Origin: Myxococcota bacterium | GTDB lineage: Bacteria; Myxococcota_A; UBA796; CAJQPC01 | Assembly (NCBI GenBank): GCA_036229005.1 | Contig: JAZAMN010000052.1 | Location: 64,001-128,000, forward strand | Direction: 5' to 3' | Length of the DNA: 64,000 nucleotides | Part shown: positions 19,558 to 28,510 of the stretch, piece after piece | Layout: each line of letters starts with the position of its first letter | How positions within the stretch are numbered: the first letter of the stretch is position 1 | The notes under the pieces: model-generated | Database searches by the model: none | What the model was told of the DNA's origin: nothing | What the model saw: only the letters and a program-made list of their open reading frames with translations | Program-made: the position numbers and the translations under genes

Positions 19558-20685
19558 GTGAACACGACGCACCGCGACAGGATCAAGGCCCTCCGGGCGC
19601 TGAGTTCGGTGTGGTACCGGGACCGTTCGGGGGTGCTTCGCAGCGACAAGGTCCCGGGCAAGGCCGTGGTGGTGCAGGGACGGGTGCGCAAGCAGGAGGG
19701 GCTGGACTTCCTGGACCGGGCGCTGCGCGCGGGCGACCTGAGCTTCAACGACGCCGAGATCTACGGAGATCCCGGCCACCTGTCGCTGGACAGCCTGCTG
19801 TGGACGCAGGGCCAGGCCCTGACCAACGTGGAGGCCATCCACGAGGCGACCCACGCCATCCTGGTCGTGCAGGCCAACCAGAGCTTCTTCGAGTACCTGC
19901 CGCTGTCCAAGCACACCGTCCGGCTGCTGCGGGGCGACCACAAGCCCTGGGAGTCCCTGGACTTCATCCTCAAGCGGGCGGAGCTGGACCTCAAGCGCAT
20001 CGACCGGGAGCTGGGGACCCTGGTCGCCATGGGCATGGTCCGCCTGCGGGCCCCCGGTCGCAAGGCGCCCCCCCGCCTGCGCCAGGCTGTGGCCCGCTCC
20101 AAGGGCTCCGAGCAGGCAAACAGCGCCCAGCGCCAGCAGGTGCAGCGCATGCTCACGGAGCGCCGCCTGGCCCAGGAGTGGGAGCGCATGCAGGCCATGG
20201 ACGACTACACCCTGCTGGGCACGTCCAAGGAGGCCTCCCCCGAGTCCCAGAAGCAGGCGGCGCTGCGCATGCGCAAGCGCTACGCCGGGCTGGCCCGAAA
20301 GCCCAGCCTGACCCCCGCCACCCGGGAGCTCGCCGAGCAGATCCAGCGGCGGATCGAGGCGGCAATCAAGCGCATGCGCAGCGGCTCAGCGCGCACCGCC
20401 ACGCACCTGCTCCTGGAGTCCCCCGAGAAGGCGATGGCCAAGGGCAAGGAGCTGGCGGCCAAGCGCGAGTGGGTGGCCGCGGTGACCTGCTTCGCGTCGG
20501 CGTCCAACGTCCTGCAGGACGACCCGGACGTCCAGGCCTGGCTGGGCTTCGCCCACTTCCACGACCCCCGGCACGACCGCCAGGAGCGTCAGGAGAAGGG
20601 CCGGGAGATGGTGGTGCTGGCGGCGACCTTTGGCTCGAAGGACGCCCTGGGCCTGCTCAAGCGCCTGCCGGAGGCAGCTCGCTGA
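19558..20685 (+). CDS. Hypothetical protein with degenerate J-like domain and TPR
   Basis: DDYTLLGTSKEAS..QAALRMRKRY (J-like, no HPD); C-terminal TPR-like helices. Confidence 0.6.
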   Translation: MNTTHRDRIKALRALSSVWYRDRSGVLRSDKVPGKAVVVQGRVRKQEGLDFLDRALRAGDLSFNDAEIYGDPGHLSLDSLLWTQGQALTNVEAIHEATHAILVVQANQSFFEYLPLSKHTVRLLRGDHKPWESLDFILKRAELDLKRIDRELGTLVAMGMVRLRAPGRKAPPRLRQAVARSKGSEQANSAQRQQVQRMLTERRLAQEWERMQAMDDYTLLGTSKEASPESQKQAALRMRKRYAGLARKPSLTPATRELAEQIQRRIEAAIKRMRSGSARTATHLLLESPEKAMAKGKELAAKREWVAAVTCFASASNVLQDDPDVQAWLGFAHFHDPRHDRQERQEKGREMVVLAATFGSKDALGLLKRLPEAAR

Positions 20686-21079
20686 GCTCGAACCAGAAGT
20701 GCAGCAGCGACTGCGCGGTCTGGACCAGCTCGTCAAAGAGCACGGGCTTGATGATGAAGCTGTTCACCCCGAGCTGGTAGGCGCGGGAGATGTCCTCCTC
20801 GCTCCAGCTCGTGGTCAGGACGACCACCGGGATGGCGCGCAGGGCCGGGTCGGCGCCCATCTGGGCGAGCACCTCGAAGCCGCGCATGCGCGGCATGTGC
20901 AGGTCCAGCAGGATCAGGTCGGGCCGGGGGCCCTCCCCGCGGATGTGTGCCAGGGCCTCGTCGCCGTCATCGGCGCGGGAGATCTCCCCGGTGAAGCCTG
21001 CCTCCTTGAGGGCCTCCAGGAGCAGCTCCTGGTCGTCCAGGTCATCGTCGACGATCAACAAGTGGCGGGTCTGCGACAC
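20657..21079 (-). CDS. Single-domain response regulator (Rcp1-like)
   Basis: LLIVDDD, PDLILLDLHMPRMRGFEVL, IPVVVLTTS, AYQLGVNSFIIKP. Confidence 0.93.
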   Translation of the reverse strand: MSQTRHLLIVDDDLDDQELLLEALKEAGFTGEISRADDGDEALAHIRGEGPRPDLILLDLHMPRMRGFEVLAQMGADPALRAIPVVVLTTSWSEEDISRAYQLGVNSFIIKPVLFDELVQTAQSLLHFWFELSELPPAGA

Positions 21080-21083
21080 GGCC

Positions 21084-21929
21084 TCAACTCCGAGCGGGGG
21101 GACGGTAAGGGTACACCAGGTTCCGGGAGCCCTGAGCCCGCAGCGCCTGGGTGAAAGTGGGGTGTTCGACCTTGGGGACGGCCCACTTGCGCAGGCGCAC
21201 GAGGCCCTGCCCGCGGTGGGCGGCCGGCACGCGGAGGGGACCGGCCAGGGGGTCGTCCACGCGCAGCCCGACCAGCTCGGGGGAGACCCGGGTGTGGACG
21301 GCGCTGACCCGGACGCCGTGGGGGCCGTGCTGGATGGGGCCCAGCGCGCCCCGCACCAGCTCCTGAACCTGCAGACCCTCGCCGGCCTCGAGGGCCAGCA
21401 CGGCCGCCGCCGCGTCCTGGGTGGTCAGCACCCGCAGCATGTGCTCGAACTCGGGGTTCAGCCGCGCCTGGAGGGTGCGGGCGGAGAAGGGGGCGCCGCG
21501 GCGCAGGGCGCTGAGGCGGAAGGTCCAGCGCACCAGCGCGGGCAGCCCCAGCTCGAAGCGATCCAGGGTCACCTGGACCGTGCTGCTCTCGTGGTCCTCG
21601 CGCACGGCCTGGACGCTGAGCTGCTGGGGCGGGAGCACCTGCGCGGCGCCGACGTGCTCGAACCACGCGAGGCGGGCGGCGCTGACCGGGTCCTCTGCGG
21701 CCAGCGGGCGCAGGCGGGGGATCCAGTCGGCGGCCAGCGCCTGATCGCTGCGCACCGCGAGCCAGCAGGCGGGAGCGGGCCAGCCGGTCTCGGGGTCCCA
21801 CTGGACGCCGCCGGGGAGGCGGGCGATCGCCTCCAGGTGGGCCGCCACCTGCCGCCAGGGCGGGAAGTGCTGGTTCAGGCGGAGGGCCCGCAGGCCGGCC
21901 ACCAGGGCGTCGATTCGGGGCTCAGACAT
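21084..21929 (-). CDS. Hypothetical protein
   Basis: 281-aa ORF overlapping the upstream coiled-coil gene and ending 4 nt before the response regulator start. Confidence 0.6.
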   Translation of the reverse strand: MSEPRIDALVAGLRALRLNQHFPPWRQVAAHLEAIARLPGGVQWDPETGWPAPACWLAVRSDQALAADWIPRLRPLAAEDPVSAARLAWFEHVGAAQVLPPQQLSVQAVREDHESSTVQVTLDRFELGLPALVRWTFRLSALRRGAPFSARTLQARLNPEFEHMLRVLTTQDAAAAVLALEAGEGLQVQELVRGALGPIQHGPHGVRVSAVHTRVSPELVGLRVDDPLAGPLRVPAAHRGQGLVRLRKWAVPKVEHPTFTQALRAQGSRNLVYPYRPPARS

Positions 21930-22875
21930 CGCGCAGCGCCGCCTCCACCTCGGCCTCCGCCAGCCGGCGGGCCTGGGTCTCGGCGTCGAAGCGCGCCATG
22001 CGGGCCCCCAGGGTGTCCAGCTCCCGCGCCAGCGGGGCCAGCTCGGAGTCCATCAGGCCCGCGGTGTTGCCCAGCAGGGTCTCCAGCTCAGCCATGGCGG
22101 CCACCGCCGCGCGGTCCAGGTCCCGGCGCCCAGCCAGCCCGCGCAGCGCGCTGACGTGCCGCACCAGGGGCTCCAGAGCGGCGGTGCCTCGGCTGTGGCT
22201 GCGCTCCAGGGTCTCCAGCTGATCCCGCAGCAGCTCGGCCAGCTCCCGCTGCAGGCCCTGAATTCCCAGCAGGGCGGGCTGGGCGGCGGCGTAGCGGCGC
22301 TTGTCCCGCCGCAGCGCGCCCAGGCGGGCCTGGAGGGCGTCCAGCTCGGCCCGCAGGCGCCGCCGCTCGGCGCCCTCCGCCCGCTTGAGCTGCGCGGACA
22401 GCCGGATCTCGGCCAACTCCAGGGTGCTCACGGCGGCCGCGGCGCGCTCCAGATCGCCCTCCAGGGCCAGGAGCTGGCCCCCGAGCTCGGCCAGCGCCTG
22501 CTCCAGGGTGCACAGCTCCCGCTCCAGCGCCCAGGCATGGTGGCCCAGATCGCGCAGGCAGCCCTGGGCGCGATCGTGGTGCTGCCAGAGGGTGTCGACC
22601 AGGGGGGAGTCGGGGGGCTCCTCTTCGATGAACAGGCCCCGCACCCGCGAGAAGAAGTCGGGCTCGGGCGCGGCCTGGACGCGGGCGGCGTGCTCCAGGG
22701 TCTGCCGCAGCTCGGCGCTCAGGGCGAGCTGGGCCTGCTCGGCGGCCTCGACCGCGCCCAGGCGGCGCTTGTGCCGCACCATGTGGGACTCGACCAGCTC
22801 CTGGAGCGCGGCGGGGGGGAGCGCCGCGGCCTGGGGCGGGGGAAGGTCGTCCAAGCTGGCTTGCCAGGGGGCCAC
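21922..22875 (-). CDS. Coiled-coil protein (possibly TelA/toxic-anion-resistance-like)
   Basis: Long heptad Leu/Ala/Glu/Arg helices; amphipathic FFSRVRGLF. Confidence 0.6.
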   Translation of the reverse strand: MAPWQASLDDLPPPQAAALPPAALQELVESHMVRHKRRLGAVEAAEQAQLALSAELRQTLEHAARVQAAPEPDFFSRVRGLFIEEEPPDSPLVDTLWQHHDRAQGCLRDLGHHAWALERELCTLEQALAELGGQLLALEGDLERAAAAVSTLELAEIRLSAQLKRAEGAERRRLRAELDALQARLGALRRDKRRYAAAQPALLGIQGLQRELAELLRDQLETLERSHSRGTAALEPLVRHVSALRGLAGRRDLDRAAVAAMAELETLLGNTAGLMDSELAPLARELDTLGARMARFDAETQARRLAEAEVEAALRDV

Positions 22876-22920
22876 AGGGGGCTATTTCACCCGCCAGCGC
22901 CCAAGCCACAAGGAGCCGGG

Positions 22921-23124
22921 ATGGATCTGCAGCAGCGCATCGAAGACCTGGAGGCCCGCTACGCCTTCCAGGAAGAGCACATCCGCCAGTTGGACGAGGT
23001 GCTGCAGGACTACGGCCGCCGCATCGACCGCCTGATGCGGGACAACCAGGAGCTGCGCGAGCAGGTCAAGAACATGCCCGGCGACAAGAACAAGCTCCAG
23101 GACGAGGTCCCGCCCCATTACTGA
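22921..23124 (+). CDS. slyX: SlyX family protein
   Basis: RIEDLEARYAFQE..LDEV..EVPPHY C-terminus; AAGGAG RBS. Confidence 0.92.
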   Translation: MDLQQRIEDLEARYAFQEEHIRQLDEVLQDYGRRIDRLMRDNQELREQVKNMPGDKNKLQDEVPPHY

Positions 23125-23137
23125 GGCGGCCCTGCTG

Positions 23138-23143
23138 TAGACT
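23138..23143 (+). promoter_or_regulatory. -10 element (TAGACT) of a probable leaderless transcript
   Basis: 6 nt before GTG 23150. Confidence 0.5.
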
Positions 23144-23149
23144 GCGCCC

Positions 23150-24097
23150 GTGTCCACCCCCGTCCTGATCACCGGCGCCGCCGGCTTCATCGGCTTCCAC
23201 CTGGCGCGCCGCCTGCTGGCTCTGGGGCGCCCGGTCGTGGGGATCGACAACCTGGACCCCTACTACGACGTGGCCCTCAAGCGGGCGCGGCTGGCGGAGC
23301 TGGCCGGCAGCCCGGGCTGGCGCTTCGTGCAGGGGGACATCCAGTCGCACCTCGCCGATGCCATGGAGTCCCCTCCCAATGCGATCGTGCACCTGGCGGC
23401 CCAAGCGGGGATCCGACACAGCCTGCAGGCCCCAGAGTCCTTCATCCAAGACAACCTGCAGGGCTTCTTCTCGGTGCTGGAGGCGGCGCGCCAGGCAGGC
23501 ATCGAGCACCTGGTGTACGCGAGCAGCAGCTCGGTCTACGGGGCCGATCCCCTGCCCTTCTCCGAAGACGCCCGCGCCGACCACCCCCTGAACCTGTACG
23601 CGGCCACCAAGCGCAGCAACGAGCTGATGGCCCACGCCTACAGCCACCTGCACGGCTTCGGCGCGACGGGGCTGCGCCTGTTCACGGTCTACGGGCCCTG
23701 GGGCCGGCCGGACATGGCGCTGTTCAAGTTCACCCGGCGCATCCTGGCGGGCGAGCCGCTCCCGGTGTTCGGGCAGGGCCAGATGGAGCGGGACTTCTCC
23801 TACGTGGACGACGTGGTCGACGCGATCCTGGCGGTCCTGGACGCGCCCCAGGGGGCCCGGGTGCTCAACGTGGGCTGCGGGCGGCCGGTGGGCCTGCTGG
23901 ACATGATCCGCAGCCTGGAGTCCGCGCTGGGGGTGCCCGCCAGGCTGGAGCTGCTGCCGATGCAGCCCGGAGACGCGCCCCGTACCCACGCCGACACGCG
24001 CCTGCTGGCGGAGACCACGGGGCTGGAGGCCCAGGTCGACATCGACGAGGGCATACGGCGTTTCGTGGCCTGGTACCGCGGCTACTACGGGGTCTGA
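23150..24097 (+). CDS. NAD-dependent epimerase (UDP-glucuronate 4-epimerase-like)
   Basis: TGAAGFIG, HLAAQAG, YASSSSVYG, YAATK, LRLFTVYGPWGRPDMA. Confidence 0.93.
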   Translation: MSTPVLITGAAGFIGFHLARRLLALGRPVVGIDNLDPYYDVALKRARLAELAGSPGWRFVQGDIQSHLADAMESPPNAIVHLAAQAGIRHSLQAPESFIQDNLQGFFSVLEAARQAGIEHLVYASSSSVYGADPLPFSEDARADHPLNLYAATKRSNELMAHAYSHLHGFGATGLRLFTVYGPWGRPDMALFKFTRRILAGEPLPVFGQGQMERDFSYVDDVVDAILAVLDAPQGARVLNVGCGRPVGLLDMIRSLESALGVPARLELLPMQPGDAPRTHADTRLLAETTGLEAQVDIDEGIRRFVAWYRGYYGV

Positions 24098-24116
24098 GCC
24101 CGGCGCCGCGGGGGCC

Positions 24117-24506
24117 TCAGAGCTGGGCTTCGCTCAGGCGCAGAGCGACGCCGCGCAGGTAGCCGTCGTCCAGGCGCAGGTTGTTGAGGATCGCCTCGTA
24201 CTCGCCCACGTCCAGCCAGACGCCCGCGCTGGACACGTCGATGAACACGTCGCGGTACTCGATGACCTTCATCTCCTCGCCGGTGACGGGGCAGTGCAGC
24301 ACGCGGTTGCGGTCCACGCCGGGGCGCACGGGCTTGCGGAACCAGTCCTGCCAGGTCTTGCCGTCGCTCTCGCGGCGCTCGGCCTCGGTCAGCAGGTAGA
24401 GCTCCTTGCGGTCCAGCCACATGCCGTGAGGGCTCACCTCGACCTGCACGCCGTGCAGCTTCACGCTCTCCATGGGCTGTCCGCTGATGGGGCAGTTTCG
24501 ACTCAT
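24117..24506 (-). CDS. Tandem zf-TFIIB-like protein with degenerate zinc ligands
   Basis: Two CP..G..M...G.WLD..E repeats, each with a single Cys. Confidence 0.65.
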   Translation of the reverse strand: MSRNCPISGQPMESVKLHGVQVEVSPHGMWLDRKELYLLTEAERRESDGKTWQDWFRKPVRPGVDRNRVLHCPVTGEEMKVIEYRDVFIDVSSAGVWLDVGEYEAILNNLRLDDGYLRGVALRLSEAQL

Positions 24507-24607
24507 CGGGTCCGTCTCCTGTGGCCGGTCTGGGGAAGGGTGTCCTCGCCGGCGGGCGGGGGGTGCATAGCATCGGGGGCCGGGATGTTCCCGGGGTGGG
24601 CCCCGAA

Positions 24608-25852
24608 TCAGAGGCTGTCCAGCAACTTCTCCACCCGCCGGGTCAGCGCGCGCATGGCCGGGGGCTCGAAGCTAGGCAGGTTGTCGGCGTGGAAGCCCCC
24701 CTCGGGGGTCTCCAGAGCGCCCAGGGCCATTCCGACGGCGGCGTCCACGGCGATGTCCCCGCGGTACCACTCCTCGAAGCGCTCGGCGCCGGGACCGCTG
24801 CAGCGCACCTGGCCCTCGACCTCGGTGAACTGGAGCGCACCGAAGAAGTTGGGCGCGCGGGTCCCCAGCACCTGGGCCAGGGCCTCGCGGCCGGGGATGC
24901 GCAGGGGCCAGGGGCCTTGGGGGTGACGCAAGATGGCCAGCCTCAGGGCGGTCTCGAGCTCTTCACTCAGGGGCGGGAGCGCGTCGGGGGCGTAGGTCTC
25001 GGGGACCAGCGTGCGCGTGGGGGCGAGCTCGGGGGCGGCGGGGGGCTCGTGGCTGTGCTCCTGCTCGGGCGGCGCGGGCTCCACGGGGTCGTCGTCGAGG
25101 GGACCTCGGCGCAGGGACAGCGCGTCCTCCACCTCCTGGCTGGCGGTGGCGTGCGAGGGTGCGTCGACGGGGGTGTCCGCAGCCGAGGACAGGGCGGCCT
25201 CGACCTCGGCCATGGCGTCCTGGGTGCTGGGGCCGGTGACCACCGGGGCGGGCGCGGGGGGCTGGACCTGGTGCTCGGGGACCTGGATGACGGAGCCCGC
25301 GGCGACCAGGCTGGGGTGCAGCTCGTCCAGGGACTCGACCATCAGGACGACCACGTTGTTGGACTCGCGGAAGGCGGGGTGCTGGTTCCACTGGGCCAGC
25401 GGGGGGGCGCCCAGGACGGGGTCGATGCCGCGCTTCTTGCGGGCGTGGTGCAGGCGCTGGGCCTGGTCGAGCAGGAAGGCGTGGTCCATGCCGGCGGTGT
25501 CCATGCTCAGCCACATCAGGCCCAGCAGCTCCGGGGCCTTGCGGGAGTCGGGGCGCTGCGCGACGCCGTCCAGGATCAGGCGGGCGTTGACGTGGCGCGT
25601 GAAGCGGCCGCGGTCCTCGATTCCGGGGAAGTCCAGGCGGGGGGTGGCCTCCCAGTCGGCCTTCTCCCAGCGCAGGATGCCGACCACGTCGCGGCTGCGC
25701 TCCAGGAAGAGGCGCAGCAGCTCGGGGCAGTCCACGGGGTCCCCGGCGTAGTCCCAGCGACCCGTGCGCACCGCGCCGTGCAGCACGAACACGCTGGACT
25801 CACCGGCCAGGTAGCGCTCCTTGAGGGTCTCGATCCACTGGGGCCAGTTCAT
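24608..25852 (-). CDS. Hypothetical protein; N-terminus resembles the N-terminal domain of myxobacterial AAA+ proteins
   Basis: WIETLKERYLAGESSVFVLHG; acidic Pro-rich linker; no P-loop. Confidence 0.6.
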   Translation of the reverse strand: MNWPQWIETLKERYLAGESSVFVLHGAVRTGRWDYAGDPVDCPELLRLFLERSRDVVGILRWEKADWEATPRLDFPGIEDRGRFTRHVNARLILDGVAQRPDSRKAPELLGLMWLSMDTAGMDHAFLLDQAQRLHHARKKRGIDPVLGAPPLAQWNQHPAFRESNNVVVLMVESLDELHPSLVAAGSVIQVPEHQVQPPAPAPVVTGPSTQDAMAEVEAALSSAADTPVDAPSHATASQEVEDALSLRRGPLDDDPVEPAPPEQEHSHEPPAAPELAPTRTLVPETYAPDALPPLSEELETALRLAILRHPQGPWPLRIPGREALAQVLGTRAPNFFGALQFTEVEGQVRCSGPGAERFEEWYRGDIAVDAAVGMALGALETPEGGFHADNLPSFEPPAMRALTRRVEKLLDSL

Positions 25853-26454
25853 GGGGTCTCCGGCATGGGGGTTGCGTAGGCGCCGCGCAGAGGCGTGCCC
25901 TCCGCACCATCAGGACGCAGGGGGGTGAGGCTGTATTTACAGTCGCGACGACCCTGGGGGTGGGGCGACTGGATCTTCCACAGGGGAGAGAGGTGGTAGC
26001 CGCGCTTGGGGCCGGTGTGGACGACCTTGTAGGTCTTGCTGTGATCCACGGTGCTGGTGTTGCCCTTGGGGGTGGTCACGTCGCACACGAGATCGAAGCG
26101 CACCTGCCAGCCCTCGCCCAGGGCGGGCACGTCGAGCTCGGCGCTGAGGATGTGGGGGCCCAGGGGCAGCTCGCCGGCGTCCGCGCCGACGAAGGCCTCG
26201 CAGTCATCCTTGCCGGCGCACACGCCGAAGCCCTGCTCCCCGCGGGCGACGACACCAGCGCGCAGGGCCTCGAGCTCCGGGGCCAGCAGCTCGGCCTCCC
26301 AGGGCGCCAATGTCGCGCCGCCGGAGACGGCACCCGAGGCGCCCGCAGAGGAGCCAGCAGCGGAGCCCTGCGCGGCGGGCTCACAGGCGGGACAGGGCGC
26401 ACAGGCGGGGTCCGAAGCGCACCCCAGGGACAGCAGCAACATCAACACGGACAC
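25849..26454 (-). CDS. Lipoprotein (start may be 26448/26445/26442)
   Basis: LLLSLGC lipobox, GGAGG RBS, ATGA overlap with the downstream gene. Confidence 0.65.
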   Translation of the reverse strand: MSVLMLLLSLGCASDPACAPCPACEPAAQGSAAGSSAGASGAVSGGATLAPWEAELLAPELEALRAGVVARGEQGFGVCAGKDDCEAFVGADAGELPLGPHILSAELDVPALGEGWQVRFDLVCDVTTPKGNTSTVDHSKTYKVVHTGPKRGYHLSPLWKIQSPHPQGRRDCKYSLTPLRPDGAEGTPLRGAYATPMPETP

Positions 26455-26571
26455 CTCCTCCCAGGTCCTAACCCCGACAAGGATGTCAGAGGCGCGTTCG
26501 CAGGGTGAGGACAGAGGCCACCTTTCAAGCCGCGCCGGGGCGGGCTACCTTGGGCCTGTTGGAGGTGCGCG

Positions 26572-27159
26572 TTGTCCCTGCTGCTGATGATGGTCCTGAG
26601 CGCTGGCCCTGCCCTGGCCCAGGAGGCCCCCGCCGAGTCCCCCACCCCGGAGACCACCGAGGCCCCCGCTGAGGCCCCCGCCGAGGGCGCGGACACCGAC
26701 GCCGGCGCGGAGAACCAGGACGGCGCGGAGGCCGGCTGGGACGCCAACCAGGAGACCCCGGAAGAGGCCCAGCAGGCGACCGAGCCCGCCGTCGAGGCGA
26801 CCGCGGAGCCTGCGGAGCCCGAGCCGCTGTACCGCTCCTACCAGGAGGGCTTCATCGACGGACAACTGGACGCCCAGGCCGCCGCGGGCAAGTACGGACT
26901 GCACGGCCTGGCGGGGCTGGCGGGCGGCTGCCTGATGGGCCCCTGCGGCTGCGTGGTCCCCGCCGCCGACGTGCTGATCAACCCGGCCGTCCCCGGCGGC
27001 GTGTGGCGGGCGCAGAGCGCCGAATACCAGCAGGGCTACATCGAGGGCTACCAGCGCTCCATCCAGCGCAAGCGCGTGGTCTACAGCGCCGCGGGCGTGG
27101 TCGTGGGTGCGTCCGTGGGCATCGGCGCCGGGCTCGCGCTGGGCGCCATCTTCGGCTGA
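26572..27159 (+). CDS. Secreted/membrane hypothetical protein
   Basis: GGAGG RBS + TTG; signal ending ALA-Q; acidic linker; two Y..G[FY]I[DE]G repeats; C-terminal TM. Confidence 0.65.
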   Translation: MSLLLMMVLSAGPALAQEAPAESPTPETTEAPAEAPAEGADTDAGAENQDGAEAGWDANQETPEEAQQATEPAVEATAEPAEPEPLYRSYQEGFIDGQLDAQAAAGKYGLHGLAGLAGGCLMGPCGCVVPAADVLINPAVPGGVWRAQSAEYQQGYIEGYQRSIQRKRVVYSAAGVVVGASVGIGAGLALGAIFG

Positions 27160-27743
27160 GACAGGCGCGCGCACAGCGCGTGGAAGCCCGCGGCATCCAG
27201 CTCCGCCCGCTCCAGGGCCGCCAGCGCCGCGGCGAGCTCCGGATGCAGGGGCTGGTCCTGGGCCAGCTCGCGGGCGATGGTGGCCATGCTGCGCAGGTCC
27301 TCGCCGATGGAGCCGATCGGTGCAAAGCCCACGACGCGGGCGACCAGGTGCTGACGGCGGGAGAGGAGCACCCGAGCGGGCGACAAGCCGCCTATGCCCA
27401 GCCCCAGGGCGTGGACCGCGGCGACGATTCCGGAGACCTGCGCCATGACCTGTGCGACGCCCGCTGAGCGCCAGGCGCCGGGGAGGCCGCTGACGGGGAG
27501 CCCGGGGACCTCCTCCAGCACCAGCTCGACGCGCCCGGGGTGGGCGGACCAGCCTCCCCCCAGCACCCGCACGAAGCCGGGGTGGAGCACGCCGGAGAAC
27601 AGCCGCAGGCGCTCCCGGAACCGGGCCCCCTCGGCGACCGGGCAGGGCTGCTCCAGCAGCAGGCGCAGGCCCTGCTCGCCCCGCCCCATGTACAGGCGCT
27701 CGCGGGGGCTCTGACAGAGGATGAGCTCGGGGGTGTGGTGCAC
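27081..27743 (-). CDS. Stand-alone Ser/Thr pseudokinase
   Basis: GGAGG RBS + GTG; RF..RL..LHPGFVRV..LVLEEVPG..VHALG..GLSPARVLL..VVGFA: kinase fold with HRD/DFG lost. Confidence 0.55.
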   Translation of the reverse strand: MHHTPELILCQSPRERLYMGRGEQGLRLLLEQPCPVAEGARFRERLRLFSGVLHPGFVRVLGGGWSAHPGRVELVLEEVPGLPVSGLPGAWRSAGVAQVMAQVSGIVAAVHALGLGIGGLSPARVLLSRRQHLVARVVGFAPIGSIGEDLRSMATIARELAQDQPLHPELAAALAALERAELDAAGFHALCARLSQPKMAPSASPAPMPTDAPTTTPAAL

Positions 27744-27790
27744 GCTGCCTCCAGACCGCCGATCGGGCAGAGCGAGGAGCCGCATGACCC

Positions 27791-27799
27791 TGGTAGCGT
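27791..27799 (+). promoter_or_regulatory. Extended -10 (TGG-TAGCGT) of a probable leaderless transcript
   Basis: TGn+TANNNT 6 nt before GTG 27806. Confidence 0.5.
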
Positions 27800-27805
27800 C
27801 TGCCC

Positions 27806-28510
27806 GTGAGCCCGCGCTTTGCCGTCACCGCGTTCAAGACCGTCTTTGACGTGGCGGTGGACTCGGTCTCCGTGGACCTGGACACCCTGTGCGGGGCGCT
27901 CACGCGCTTTGAGCACAAGCCCAAGCTGCGGCGGAAGGACAAGGACGAGGCCAAGAAGGCCCTGCGCCTGTGGTCGCCGGCCTGGTACTCCGGGGATCGC
28001 CGCGGCAGCGAGGGCGTGGCGCAGCTCTCCTGCCTGGTCCTGGACTTTGACGGCGGCCTGCAGCCCCAGCAGGCCAGCGAGCTCTTCGGCGAGCACCTGC
28101 ACGTGCTGCACTCGACCTGGAGCCACCGCCCCGAGCGACCCAAGTTCCGCATCTGCCTGCCCCTGGCGCACCCCGTCCCGGCGGCGGACTGGTCCCGGGT
28201 CTGGGAGTGGGGCCAGGAGCGGGTGGGCGGACGCGCAGATCCGGCGCCCAAGAGCCCCGGGAGCACCTTCGCGCTGCCCGCGGTGGTCGACGCGGAGCAC
28301 CCCAGGCTGGGCTGGCTCCAAGAGGGCCCCCTGCTGGATCCGGTGGCCCTGGGGCTGTGCTCCGCCGCGCCGCCGCCGCCCCTGCGGGTGCCCGAGCGGG
28401 AGCACCCATTCCACCGCGCGGGGCTGCCCGGCCGCCGCTACGAGATAGAGCACGCCCGGCGCCCCGCCCCCGACTGGGACGTGGACGCCGCCTTCGAGGA
28501 GCTGTTCTGA
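27806..28510 (+). CDS. Stand-alone AEP-superfamily primase-polymerase-like protein
   Basis: WSPA..RR..LVLDFDGG (DxD), HSTWSH, PKFRICLPLAHPV, ADPAPKSP. Confidence 0.72.
   Translation: MSPRFAVTAFKTVFDVAVDSVSVDLDTLCGALTRFEHKPKLRRKDKDEAKKALRLWSPAWYSGDRRGSEGVAQLSCLVLDFDGGLQPQQASELFGEHLHVLHSTWSHRPERPKFRICLPLAHPVPAADWSRVWEWGQERVGGRADPAPKSPGSTFALPAVVDAEHPRLGWLQEGPLLDPVALGLCSAAPPPPLRVPEREHPFHRAGLPGRRYEIEHARRPAPDWDVDAAFEELF

Noticed and set aside
27806..28510. Prophage or plasmid remnant
   Set aside because: No integrase, helicase, structural genes, att-like repeats or obvious composition shift
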